From contig JARFYF010000001.1 in the NCBI GenBank assembly GCA_030265395.1, positions 99,520,804 to 99,584,803 of the forward strand: a stretch of DNA of 64,000 bases. Reading direction: 5' to 3'. Both the position numbers and the translations under genes were made by a program. The first letter of the stretch is position 1, and the number at the start of each line of letters is the position of its first letter. Under the pieces are notes generated by a model that was not told the origin of the DNA, did not search any database, and saw only the letters and a program-made list of their open reading frames with translations. Below are positions 39,188-51,235 of this stretch, in pieces. Origin of the DNA: Rhina ancylostomus (taxonomy: Eukaryota).

Positions 39188-39365
39188 TAAAAACAGAAAA
39201 TGCTGGAAATACTCAACAAGTCAGGCTGCATCTGTGGGAAGAGAAACAGATTTAACATATCAGGTCAAAGATCCTTTGTTAGAACACCAAGTTAACTCTG
39301 ACCTGTGGAGTATTTCCAGAATTCTGTTTTTATTTTAAATTTCCAGCATCCGCAGTTTTTTTTAT
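39188..39365. mobile_element. Penelope-derived inverted repeat (foldback)
   Basis: Left arm aaaacagaaaatgctggaaatactcaacaagtcag pairs with right arm ctgacctgtggagtatttccagaattctgtttt. Confidence 0.75.
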
Positions 39366-39372
39366 TTTAGAG

Positions 39373-40255
39373 TTATAGAGTCATACAGCATGGAAAGAGG
39401 CCCTTCGGCCCAACTCATCCATGCTGAATGTGTTGTCCTGTGAGCTAGTCCCATCTGCCCATGTTTGGCCCATATAGCCCTCTAAACCTCTCTTATCCAT
39501 GTACTTATCTAGATGGCTTTTAAATGTTGCTAATGTGCCTGCCTCGACCACTATTTCTGGCAGCTCATTCCAAATATGCATCACCATTTTCTTGCGGCAG
39601 CTGTCCTTGATGTCCCTTTTAAATCTGTCACCTCTGATCTTAAACTTATGTCCTCTTGTTTTTAAGCACTTCCTCCCTGGGAAAAAGATTGCGCTTTCAC
39701 CCTGTCTATGCCAAGGATTCAGGTCACCTCTGAATCTCCTACACTGCAGGAAATAAAGCCCTAGTCTATGCAACATCTCCTTCTAACTCAGACCCCCAAG
39801 TCCAGCCAACATCCTGGTAAATCTTTTCTGCACTCTTTCTAGTTTGATAACATCTTTCCTGTAACAGGTGACCAAAATCATACATAATACTCCAAGTGCA
39901 GCCTTAACATCTTATGTAACTGCAAAATAACTTCCCGATACTCAATGCCCTGACTGATGCAAGCCAGTGTGCTGAACACCTTCTTCATCACCTTATCTAC
40001 CTGTGACACTGCTTTCAGTGAATTATATACTTGCACTCCTACGTCCCTCTGTTTCATAACACTCAAAGGCCCTACCTTTCACTGTACAAGTCCTACCCTG
40101 GTTTGATCTCCCAAAATGCAATACCTCACATTTATCTGGATTGAAAGCCATTTGCCAATCCTCAGTCCACATACCCAGCTGATCAAGATCACCCTGTAAT
40201 TTTTCATAACCTTCTACACAATCTACAACACCACCTATTTTAGTATCTTCCGCAG
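39373..40255 (-). mobile_element. CR1/HER1-like LINE, 5'-truncated
   Basis: AEDTKIGGVVD…LQGDLDQLGMWTEDWQMAFNPDKCEVLHFGRSN, LRLHLEYYV, KTRGHKFKIRG…IWNELPEIVVEAGTLATFKSHLDKYM, then the tail. Confidence 0.92.
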
Positions 40256-42279
40256 CATTGAAAGGGTCAATCCAACGTACAGCTGATTTAGCTACTGGTT
40301 TGCATTTCATTATACTTATATGCACTTCATGCATCTTTTGGCAGATAATGATTCTGAATCCAACCAGCAGAACACCAGTTATAAATGGGATGTCATTTCT
40401 AATTAACTAATGTTTCACCATTGGCTGTGCTTGTTTCATCCAAATAACTGGATAGATTAGGTCTGTTTTGCTTCTGATTATAGGATCCTTTTCCATCATT
40501 GTTCTGCTTTCTGTTCTCAATACTGTCTTTTCCATCTCATGCTTTGCTGACAGCACAATTTCTCAAGCCCAGGATGGGAGGGCATCCATTTTTGTACACT
40601 ACACATGATGTTAACTTTATTTTGTTTGGAGTCGCTCAGATGTTGGTCATTCCAATTTGTGGGATTTTACGCCCTCCATGTTTCAAGATGTTTTCCTTCA
40701 AAAACCCATCTTCTTTCAGGTTTCCAGGGAAGATCTTACGGTGTAACCTGAATAATAATGATGACATTTTGACCTCCCACATACAAATTAAACTTGAGGT
40801 TGATAGTTGTAGGTTGGTTTTGCATTCTTTTTTTGATATGGTAGCAGGGATTTCATTTCTCTAGAGATCTCCGCATCCAGTCAGTCCAAGCAGACGTGTG
40901 ACTCCAATGTCTGGAGTATCCTCAAACTCCTTCACTTTCCAAAGCTGGGATGCTCTGATCTTGTTTCTTTTTCACCAATCCTTTACTTTTCCTTTGACAT
41001 TTCCCATTTTCACCATCAACTTGTACAGCCACTCCAAAGGTTGCCACGTAATCTGTGGTTTTAACTATATCCAGGGCATTTGCTTGTGTGAACTTATGTG
41101 GTCCTTGATAGGTTCTGCATGGCTTTCTATTAGTTTGATTTTCATTTTTCCCTCTTATTGTTAACTACTCGCTGCTTCCTTTCTCTGGATTGATCAGGAG
41201 GTCAATAGCCCGTGCTATAATAAGCTCCTCATTGCCGATCAAAGTGTCAAATGAGTTGGTCTACTATGTATTTTATATTTTCCTTGAAATTACTCATACT
41301 GGCCAAGTTTCAAGCTTTGCAAGGAAACAGCCATTTGGCTTGTTTTGGAACTCACCTGTGTGAACTTGACAATTTGATTTTGGCTGGAAGTATTCTCCAT
41401 ACTTTTCAAAGTTCTCATCAGACTTTTATTTCTGAACTCCCTGATTTCCTGGATGATTAAGAAGGTCCAAATCCTTTCTTTCCACCAACAGCATGATGTA
41501 GCTGGTCTTCTCTTCATCACTTATGCCTTTCAGAATATCAGTTCACATTTTTTTGCTTAAATTTTCCAATGACTCCACTTCGCATGCCTCTCAATTCATC
41601 ATAGGCTGGAACTGGTCTGTCATCACAGCTGTCTATTACACACTCAGTAAAGGCAAACACCACAGGGGAGTGCTGATTAGTTTTCAGAGTCAAATTCAGC
41701 ATTCACATCCTTCAAGCAGCATAGAATTTTACTGACTAGCTTACAGCCACCAGGTCATGCCTCATTTCCCCAGAGATCCATTTATAAAATTATCATACAA
41801 GGTGCAAATCTGCAGCTTACTCTATATTTTCTGACCACAGGCTATTTGCTGCAAAGAGATAGACTCCAAGATTTTGACACAGAATGCAGTGCACTAGTGA
41901 GTGATGTGGTACACCAAGTGCAAATTTGACACTTGTACCTATGATAATAAAATCCTCCTTCTTCCTTCCAGTTATATAACAGATTCTCCTCCAGTTTGGA
42001 AACTTACAAGTCTTTGCAGGAGACCAAAATCAGTAGGCAATAAAACCAGTAAAATATGTAATACAAGATTCAACAGAGGGGTTCCAGACACACCTGAGTG
42101 ACCCTAATGCAAATGTTGAGAACCTGATCTGCCATTTTTGTGCTTTAAAGAAATTATGCCATGCATTCAAATCAGAACGTCAGCTAAATAAATCTCTTCA
42201 GAAAAATTGTCAGGTCCACAGGAAGGCGCACAGAACAATAATGATGAATCACCTCCAAATTCAGGCTGTAGTCTGCACA

Positions 42280-44290
42280 GGGTCATAGAATTCTACAGCA
42301 CAGAAACAGGCCCTCTGGCCGACTATGTCCATACCAAGCTTTTTACCCATCTACATGTAGACGCCCTCTATGCCCTACCTTCATCCATCTCCTTGGTTAA
42401 CTCCTCAAAAAAAAAGCAATCAAATTAGTGAGGCAGGACTTCCTTTCAACAAAGCCATGTTGCCTCTCCCTAATTAGTCCCTGCCTTTCCAAATATACAC
42501 AAATCCCATGCTTTGAAATTTTCTCTAATAATTTCCCTACCACTGACACAAGGCTCACTGGCCTGCAGTTACTCAGCTGTCCATCATAAACAAAGGAACT
42601 ACATTAGCTATTCTCCAGTTTTCTGGCACCTTGCCTGTGGCTAATGAAGATGCAAAAATCTCCATCACGGTCCCAGCAACCTCCTCCTCCACTTCCCATA
42701 GCAGTCTGGGAAAGATCTCATCCAGCCCTGTGGATTTATCCACCCTTTCCACAACTGCCTTGAAGCTGAGAGAATTGTGGTCATTATTCCCAAAGTGCTC
42801 CCCAACTGACACTTCCACCACCTGCCCTGTTTCATTTCCTAAGAGGAGGTCAAGTATAGCCCCCTCACCGGTAGGGTGATCTACATAGTGTCTTAAAAAA
42901 AATCCATCTTGAATGCACTTAAATTCTACGTCATTTAAGCACCTTGCACTAATGTAATCATACTCAATTTTGGGAAAGATAAAATCCTGTACTACTATCA
43001 CCATATTACTTTTACAGCTTTGTGTGATATCTGTTCCTCTAATTCCTGCTGACTTTTGGAAGGCCAACAGTATAACTGCAGCAAAGTGAATGCCTTATTC
43101 CCAAGTTCTACCAATGTGGCTTTGTTGGACTATCCCTCCAGGATATCCTCACACTGCTGTGATGCTTTTCTCGATTAGCAGAGTGACTTCCCCTCCTCGA
43201 TTGCATCCCTCGCTGTCAGGCCTAAAGCTTCTCTAACCTAAAACATTCAGCTGCCAGTCATGTCCTTCACCCATCCACGTTTCTGTGATTGCAATAATAT
43301 CGTAGTTTCATGTACTGATTCGTGCTCTAAAATCATCTGACTTACCCGTGAGGATCCTTAAGGTAAATGCAGTTGAGCCGACCACCTACACCCCCTCCCT
43401 ATGATCCCCAATCTGCCCATGTCTGCTCTGTCCACTGGATTTGCTTAACTTATCCAATATATTTGGGCCAATCTGCACACCTGCCGCACACTGCTGAGTT
43501 TCTCACACCCCCTGCCAAATTATGCAAACCCTCCTGAGGGTGAGCAAACCTCCTTGCCAGGACAGTGGTCCCCTTCGAGTTTACATTTAATCCATCCTTC
43601 TTGTACTCATCTCACCTGTCCCAGAAGCAATCCCAATCATCCAATGACCAAAAGCCCTCTATCCTGCACCAGTTCTTCAGCCTCGCATTCCCCTGTTCTA
43701 TCCTCCTATTTTAATCCTCACTAGCATTGGTGAGCCCAAGATTACAAACCAAGGGGTCCAGTTTTTTAACCTTCTGCCTAACTCCCTAAATTCACTCAAC
43801 AGGACCTCATCCCTCATTCTACCTGTATCATTAGTACCAATCTGTGCTACGACCTCAGACTGTTCTCCTTCCCCCTTCACAATATTCTGAACCTGATCCA
43901 AGACAGCCGTGACCCTGGCACCAGGGAGGCAACAGACTATTTTGGAGTCTTACCATTGACTACAAAAGCATCTGTCCGTTCCCCTCACTAATGAATCCCC
44001 CACCATTACCACTTGCCTAGGTCTTTCCCCTCCCCCGCTGTGCATCAGAGCCGACCATAGTGCAACAATCTTGGCTGCTGCTGCCGCCACTTTCCTCAGA
44101 GAGGCTATTTGTCCCAACAGCCTCCAAAACAGTACACCTGTTCAAGAAGGGAATGACCACAGGACTCCTGCACTACTTTCCTGCCCTTTCTGGTGGTCAC
44201 CCACTTCCTCTTTCTGTACCTGCAGTGTGACCAACTCGCTGAACCTACTGTCCACCATATTTTCTGCATCCTGGATAGTCCATAGCAAGT
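42280..44290 (-). mobile_element. CR1-like LINE with ORF1 (SGNH esterase-like) and an internally deleted ORF2
   Basis: ORF1 motif VVAQIGTNDTGRMRDEVLLSEFRELGRRLK. Endonuclease motif HPTGEGAILDLLLGNE…GEHFGNNDHN is fused directly to DKSTGLDEIFPRLL…VPENWRIANVVPLF. Confidence 0.9.
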
Positions 44291-45130
44291 TGTAGAATAA
44301 ATAAAAGGCTTAAACCAAAGAAACTATTCTGTTGTGGGTACAAGAAAACCTTGCATTACACTATTCCACAATATACTTTGCAGGACCATGACCAGGTGTC
44401 ACACCTTCCACTGCAGAGAGGTGGGAAGAAAAACACTGTTGGCACCTGGTAACCCAATGACCCACTTCCCCCCTTGGTGCACCAACAGCAACAACATCCC
44501 AATGCAGCTGCAGAACACACAAAAGGAGTTTTCGATCCCATCCTTTCACCTTATAAGCCATCTTCCACCTTCTTCTGTTTCCTTCATTCTGCCAGATATG
44601 ACTATCTTCTCTATTCTATCATATTCATGCATTAATCATTTTGGATCTGTGAAGGTGCATGAGTGACAACGAGCAATATGTCAGACCATTAGTTACGCCA
44701 TCTGGTAGTTTTGGATTGACTATTCCTGACATATAAATTAGGCTATCCTTTATATATTTTTATCCACTGGAAAATATATCATGCCAGTCAATGTAATAAT
44801 TTGGTAATATATGATCTCAAAATACTAACAGATGAGTCTAATCCCATTTTGTACCCATTATGTACTTCTATTATTTTCATCTGGGTGATGAATAAATATG
44901 CTAATTTCCAAATATTAGCAAAGGAAAATCTATGCAAATTACCATAGCTTGAAGTGTAAATCGTCTGCTATTTTAAAATCTTGTCATCTTTAGCAGTTAA
45001 TTCACATGCAAAAATAGAACATCGAACTGTTCAGCATAGGAACTGGCCCTTCAGCCCACAATGTCTGTGATAACTATAATGCCATTTACCTTTGCATGGT
45101 CTATATCCCTCAACTCCCTGTCTGTTTGCA

Positions 45131-45360
45131 GGGGCAGGCACGATAGTGTAGCAGTTAGTGTAACGCTATTACAGCACCAGCAACCCGGGTTCAATTCCCA
45201 CCACCGTCTGTAAGGAGTTTGTATGTTCTCCCCGTGTCTGCGGGGGTTTCCTCCAGGTCCTCCAGTTTCCTCCTACATTCCAAAGACGTACGGGTTAGGA
45301 AGTTGTGGGCATGCTATGTTGGTGTTAGAAGCATGGTGACACTTGTGGGCTTCCCCCAAA
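45131..45360 (+). mobile_element. V-SINE (runs into an N gap)
   Basis: ggcacgatagtgtagcagttag…ccgggttcaattccc…V-domain…gggttaggaagttgtgggcatgc. Confidence 0.9.
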
Positions 45361-45461
45361 NNNNNNNNNNNNNNNNNNNNNNNNNNNNNNNNNNNNNNNN
45401 NNNNNNNNNNNNNNNNNNNNNNNNNNNNNNNNNNNNNNNNNNNNNNNNNNNNNNNNNNNNC

Positions 45462-46145
45462 TGTTACATACCAGCAACAATAGAAACACACTGAGTCATG
45501 TACAAGTATTAAAAACAAGTTTATTAATATCTACTTATGATAATAAGAAAAGTAAAAATGTTAGATATCAAATATAATCCCCAAAACTAAACTCAAAGTG
45601 CATGTGTCGCAAATTCCCAAACTCCAAGTCCAGGAATAGGTCTCAAAGTTCAGTTCAGCAAGTCATGAGGTGAAACGTGAACAAAGGCTTTTGTCTCCGT
45701 TGACTGAAGACAAAATGGAGAGAGAGAATATGGAGAGAAATTACGATATCCAAATATTCCACGATGGAATCCATACGACACCTCAATCACTGATGATCTC
45801 CATTGCTTTGTTCCAAAGTATCTGCTACCCTGAAAGGCATTTGCAATGTGGCCGCCCACATAAATACCTGTTTTCCACTACAGGTTAACGACAAAGTGAA
45901 CTCCACTTGTTTGCTCCAAAAATCCATACGTGGATTGTAGTGACAGACAGTTATTGTTCTTCATCCATTGATATGGAGACCTGCAGTCAGTATCCCACTC
46001 TCTCTCTCGACTCAGAGCAGAAACGTCAGCATGTTGTAATCTTCTTGCTGCCGTGACGACCCCACATACACACACACACACACTACTACTCTACAGTACT
46101 ATGTCTTAAAGGGACATTCACCAAATAGCAACCTGATCTGCAACA
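45462..46145 (-). mobile_element. Gap-free solo LTR (about 684 bp) of the 3226/23608 family
   Basis: TGTTA…CAACA termini. Shares ttgctgaactgaactt…ggagtttgggaatttgc and aagggacattcac with the other copies. Short (CA)n. Confidence 0.8.
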
Positions 46146-48210
46146 GTGTCGAAATGCTTTTTAAATGTTGCTATTTTATCTGCTTCCACCACCTCCCCTG
46201 GCAGCACATTCCAGGCACCTACCGCTCTGGATAACAAAAAAGCAAGCCTCTGAAAGCTCCTTTAATATTTCCCCTCTCACCTTAATCTATGTCCTCTAGT
46301 ATTTTACATTTCAACCCTGGGAAAAAGACTCTGGCTATCTACTCTGTCCATGCCTCATAATTTTACATACTTCAATTCAGTTTGTCCTTCAGCCTCCAAT
46401 GCTCCAGAGAAAACAATCTAAGCTTGTCCAACCGCTCCTTGTAGCTGGTATTTTTTAATCCAGGCAACATCTTAGTGAACCTCCTCTGCATCCTCTCCAA
46501 AAATATTAACTCCCTTTTAATGGGTTTCTTCAAGACCTAATTCCCTTTTTGATCCCTTGATCAATGCAATCCTCATAGATACTGGAGGCAAATAATTCAG
46601 TATTCTGATCACTATTTTCATGAGAGATTTGCATCCAAACTTGTACCTCAGATATTAAAATCTATTTCCACTGGATTGATTAAACACTTAAATTAATCTT
46701 TTACTATTGATCATTGCAAATCTGCCAAACATTTTAATATTTCTATCAGATTGCCAATTAGATTTCACTGCTCCAATGAATACCATACCTCAAAAATAAG
46801 TTATAGAGAAAGTTGTGTTTTGTTTTAAAAAGTAGTGACAGTTTAGTGGTCTAGAAGTTCCTTTGCATAATTCCACAAAAGGGTGCTGTGGATTTGAAAC
46901 TCGGCTCCACTGAGAGTCACACAGTATTGGACCATTCTTGGCTTCTGAGAAAATTCAATCCCAATATTCTGGTAGGATCTGAATAGGCACCAGAATCATT
47001 GTTCCAGGGTAATACCACCAAAATAGCATCAATAATTTTACTTTTCCCTCAACTATTAATCTCACTGTGATTTCATCTTCTTGGCCTGAAAAATTACAAC
47101 CCAGAGTACAATCAGATTTTACTCACTCCGTTTCCTCAGAAACTATGCTATTTATATGGCCAACACTCATACTGCATTACTTGTCATCACTGTTACCTTT
47201 GACCTGAAATGCAGACTCCCATACGCACTTTAACTATTTTATTCACGGAAGTCGAGAACAAGGCCAAGGCCAAAGTAGTTCTCAATTTCCTTGCTATCAA
47301 AATCAGTCCACGCTACTGCCTCTGATCCCAGCCACTTCTCCACCATTCAATACTGCATTTGGGAGGTCACGCAACTCCATATTCAGAGAGAACACATTAT
47401 CTGCTTTATATTCACCCCACAGATGCAGGAAGAGCAGGATTTTCAAAGTGCAGACATTCATACACTACATTCATGAAGTTTTACACCTTACCAAAACTTC
47501 CCTAGCAAGGCCCTCTCCAGAGGACTTGATGTTGTCCTCAAGGATCTCAGTGGCTCCCTTGCACTAAAAACGTGCCTCCTGCAAGTGCTGTTCTTCACCT
47601 GTCTGCACAGGTTCTTCAAAACTCTTGGGAGCACACTGCCATCACACTTCCATCCGTTAAGTGCCAGCACACCACGTGATCCGGGGGCATGCAGACTAAA
47701 TTGTTGTACATCCCTTTCAGGGCTGGCAACTGAGTTACTCTTGCTTGGCTAAATTCCAGCAGCTACAATATCTTGCAAAAGATCAATAGTTGTGTACACT
47801 AGAAATGACAGTGTGGTGTTACATGGGGAAACCCTACAAGACTGTCTTGGGTACCTTGCAATTGAAGATCTCCAGTATATGTTTTTTAAAAACAATGTTA
47901 AGAGAATAGAAATTGCTATTTTAACACCATTAAGGAGTAAAGTAAATTTGATTGAGTGTGTCTATAATGCATCATTTTCTTGGTTATGTTGCATGTCTCT
48001 GATAGGGTAACTGACACTAGCACTCAAATTATGGCTCAAATATGGGCCTTGAAATTTGCCTGTGCAGTTTTCGCATTGTTAAAACTGTGTTTTCTATCTC
48101 ACTAATGATGCTTTCAAAAAAAATCTCTTTGAAAGAATTTAGATTTGTTGGTCATTGGAAGATAGCAAAATGCACCTGCCAATTGCAAATGCAAAAGTCT
48201 CTTCTATCAG

Positions 48211-48455
48211 GGCAGCACGGTAGCGTAGTGGGCACCACGGTAGCGTAGTGGTTAGCACAACGCTACTACAGCACCAGCGACCCGGGTTCGATTCCCGCCA
48301 CTGCCTGTAAGGAGTTTGTACGTTCTCCCACGTCTGCGTGGGTTTCCTCCAGGTGCTCCGGTTTCCTCCCACATTCCAAAGACGTACGTGTAGGCTAATT
48401 TGGGGTTTAAAATGGGTGGTATGGACTTGTTGGGTTGGAAGGGCCTGTTACCTGT
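48211..48455 (+). mobile_element. Young V-SINE with duplicated 5' head and CR1-like tail
   Basis: CpGs intact, B-box GGTTCGATTCC at 48285-48295, 20-bp tandem duplication at 48211-48250. Confidence 0.92.
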
Positions 48456-49310
48456 TACCAAAAAAATTTTTATAAAAACAGAATGTTTCCCCAGGTGTTT
48501 GTGTTCATTTGCTACTTTGTGGGTTATTTAGCAGACAAAATCTGGTGGTTGCACTGTTCTCACAGGGCAAGCTGGGAGCCATCCTCATCTTTGCTGCCTT
48601 CTTTGCTAAGGTTTGCTGCATTAGACACCTTGCTGCTCACTGCTGCATTACAGAATTCAAGACAAAACCAACACCAGCAAAGTGGATAAGAAATACAACG
48701 TTTTGCAATTGCAACTGCCATGGTTTGGATCTGTTTAATGATCTATGTGCATGATTCCCAAGTCTCTCAAGACTTCCACTCCCCCCTAGATTATCACCAG
48801 TTGGAAAGTACTCATGTAAACTTCAAGGCCCATTATCTTCTTCATCACTTTCACTTTTGTTTGTTAATTCCGACAAGTCCTCATACTTGGGATTTCACCA
48901 CAGTTTGTGCTCTCTTCTTCTGACACCAAGTTCAACATGACTGCTATTTCTTAACCTTGAAGCACAAAGACAGTCAAGAGGGTCGAAAATGAGCTAGAAT
49001 TGACCTGCTGCACCACTCCCTATCCGTGGTCGCGGCCCATTCGCATTGAACTGGGCTGCACAGAGATCTGATCAGCTGNNNNNNNNNNNNNNNNNNNNNN
49101 NNNNNNNNNNNNNNNNNNNNNNNNNNNNNNNNNNNNNNNNNNNNNNNNNNNNNNNNNNNNGGAGTGGTGGGGGGGAGGTGATAGCAATATGGGGAGAATA
49201 AAATGGGTTTGGGTGGAAGTTTTAAAAAAACTGGGCAATTGCTGATCAGCATGGACTCAGTGGGAGTGAAGAGCCTGTTCCTGTGCCTTGTCTCTACACA
49301 TTTATACAAG

Positions 49311-49395
49311 GTCTGATGAAATTCTTCAACCAAAAACGTTAATTCTGTTTCTCATTCCACAGATGCTTTTTGTTTCCAGAATTTTCTGGTTTTAA
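49311..49395 (+). mobile_element. Penelope-like terminal fragment
   Basis: CTGATGA(49313)…aaaacgttaattctgtttctcattccacagatgct. Confidence 0.65.
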
Positions 49396-51019
49396 ACATC
49401 ACTTACCTGTTTGGCCCTGTGGACTTGCACAAAGAAAATATACGGTGCTTATTGGCACTAATTATATTTGTGGTTTGCAGCCCCAACCAAATGACACGAA
49501 TTAATCATGCATCACCATTCTGCAGTAGATTTTCTAATACGATGGACCGCTCTCAATATTGGAGGAGACTGGAGAGTGATTATAAATGAAAATGGAATGT
49601 TGAAAACAACTAGAACAGGGTAAGGTGAGATTTTAGAGCTTCTGCTAACGCACAGACAAGATCACATTTGATGTGGTGTAGAGGTGGTGACAAACTTCAA
49701 AAAGGACAAATTTGCTTTGAAGATGATACAGAGCAGAGCATGAAGGATAATCCCTGGTGTACAGGAATTAGAAAGTCTTAAACCGTATAATCTAGAGTAA
49801 GGTATTATTAAGGGATAGGGCATTATTGAGGTTTATAATTTGTTTAACAGTAATTTAAAAGTATGAACATGAATATTAATCAGAAAGGAAGAATAAATAG
49901 CCAAACATATGAATTAGTACAAAGGCATTTTAAAAATACTGATGAAAAAAATCTTTACTCAAACATGTTGAACGTTTGGTATGACGTTTCAGCTGAAATG
50001 ATAGCATTAAAAACATCAAGGGAGTGAAAACAGTAATTAGATTTTGGACACCAGCACACTCTCCTCTTACCTAGTGAGGGAAATGAACTCAGTAAGGCAA
50101 ACGACCTTCATTCAGCTTTAACTTTAATTTTTAACCCATGATGGCCTAAACAAAACATAAACAAAACTGAAGAGAAAACAGTCAATAGATTAACTTCCCT
50201 TCGTACAAATTATTAGTATTAAGACTGACTATACATTCCCATACATGTTGTATATGAATTTCTTTACATTTCTCCTTCACATTCATTCCTGCATTATGTG
50301 ACTCAAAACACGTTCCCCCTGAAGCCTCCAGTTTGAACACTGCTTCGGAATACATTATAAATTCTGCCAGAGTTCAGTGCAGTTTTTAAGACTCCAATGA
50401 GCAGTCTAAACTTGATCCAGCACTCTGCACAATTAAGTAACTTGTTGCCTGGAAACTTCAGATTTAGCTCCCTGTAAAGTCTCAATAAGAATGGATTTCT
50501 TGTTATAAATGATTCCAAATGTGTATGTAGTACACATGGGACAGTACAGAATTTACCTCGCCAAATTTACAAAAGTATACTTTACCACTGCTGCTTTGAG
50601 CATCAGAATAAGCACACCTTCTGCCTTGTGACACATTCCTCCATTGCAAACTAGCTTAGAATATCCTGCCCAAGATAGGGGAATTAACAATTTATACATT
50701 TTTTTTAAAAAGCGCAGAACTTTATCCCTCAATAGTAAATGAACAAGTTCTTTGTTACATGTGCCTAATGGGATTTTGGTTCAAGTAGCTGAGAGTTTGA
50801 CAAATACTGATTCTGTTGGTGTCTGATAAATGCAAGTCATAAACTTGCGCATCACACACTGCAGAATCAATTTCTCCCCCCCAAAAAATACTGAACAGGT
50901 GCATTAACCACCCATTTAATGCAAAGAAAATTATCCAAGCTTCTCCAAAAGACTGTTGGAAAGTTGTGTGTCACTACTTGGGATGCAGATTGAGAGATAA
51001 ACACACCAGTGGTGAAATG

Positions 51020-51235
51020 AAATAAAAACAGCAAATGCTCAAAGCATTTGGCAGGTCAAGCAGCATCGGTAGCAGAGAGACGGACAGAGACAAAGAGTTA
51101 ACATTTAAGGTCAAAGACTCTTTGGAGTACAGTTAACTCACCTTTTCTTTCCACAAATACTTCTGGATATGCTGAGTATTTACAGTATTTGCCATTTTCA
51201 TTTCAGATTTTCACCATCCAGTTTTTTGATTTTCA
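51020..51235. mobile_element. Penelope-derived inverted repeat
   Basis: aaaacagcaaatgct…ggcaggtcaagcagcatc…gagttaac, with return arm gttaactc…gctgagtatttacagtattt…atttcagatttt. Confidence 0.7.

Larger units (their letters stand above)
45012..46500 (-). mobile_element. CR1 3' end (45012-45130 and 46146-46500) hosting a nested V-SINE and a solo LTR
   Basis: Tail gaactggcccttcagcccacaatgtctgtg…ctatatccctc breaks at ~45130 and resumes aaatgctttttaaatgttgct… at ~46150. Confidence 0.8.

Noticed and set aside
40860-41480. Possible L1 ORF1-like remnant on the minus strand (ELIIARA…, EFEDTP)
   Set aside because: The motifs are too degraded to support a call without an HMM search.
48231-48300. tRNA-like A and B boxes
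   Set aside because: These are the head of a V-SINE that continues into the V-domain; not a tRNA gene.
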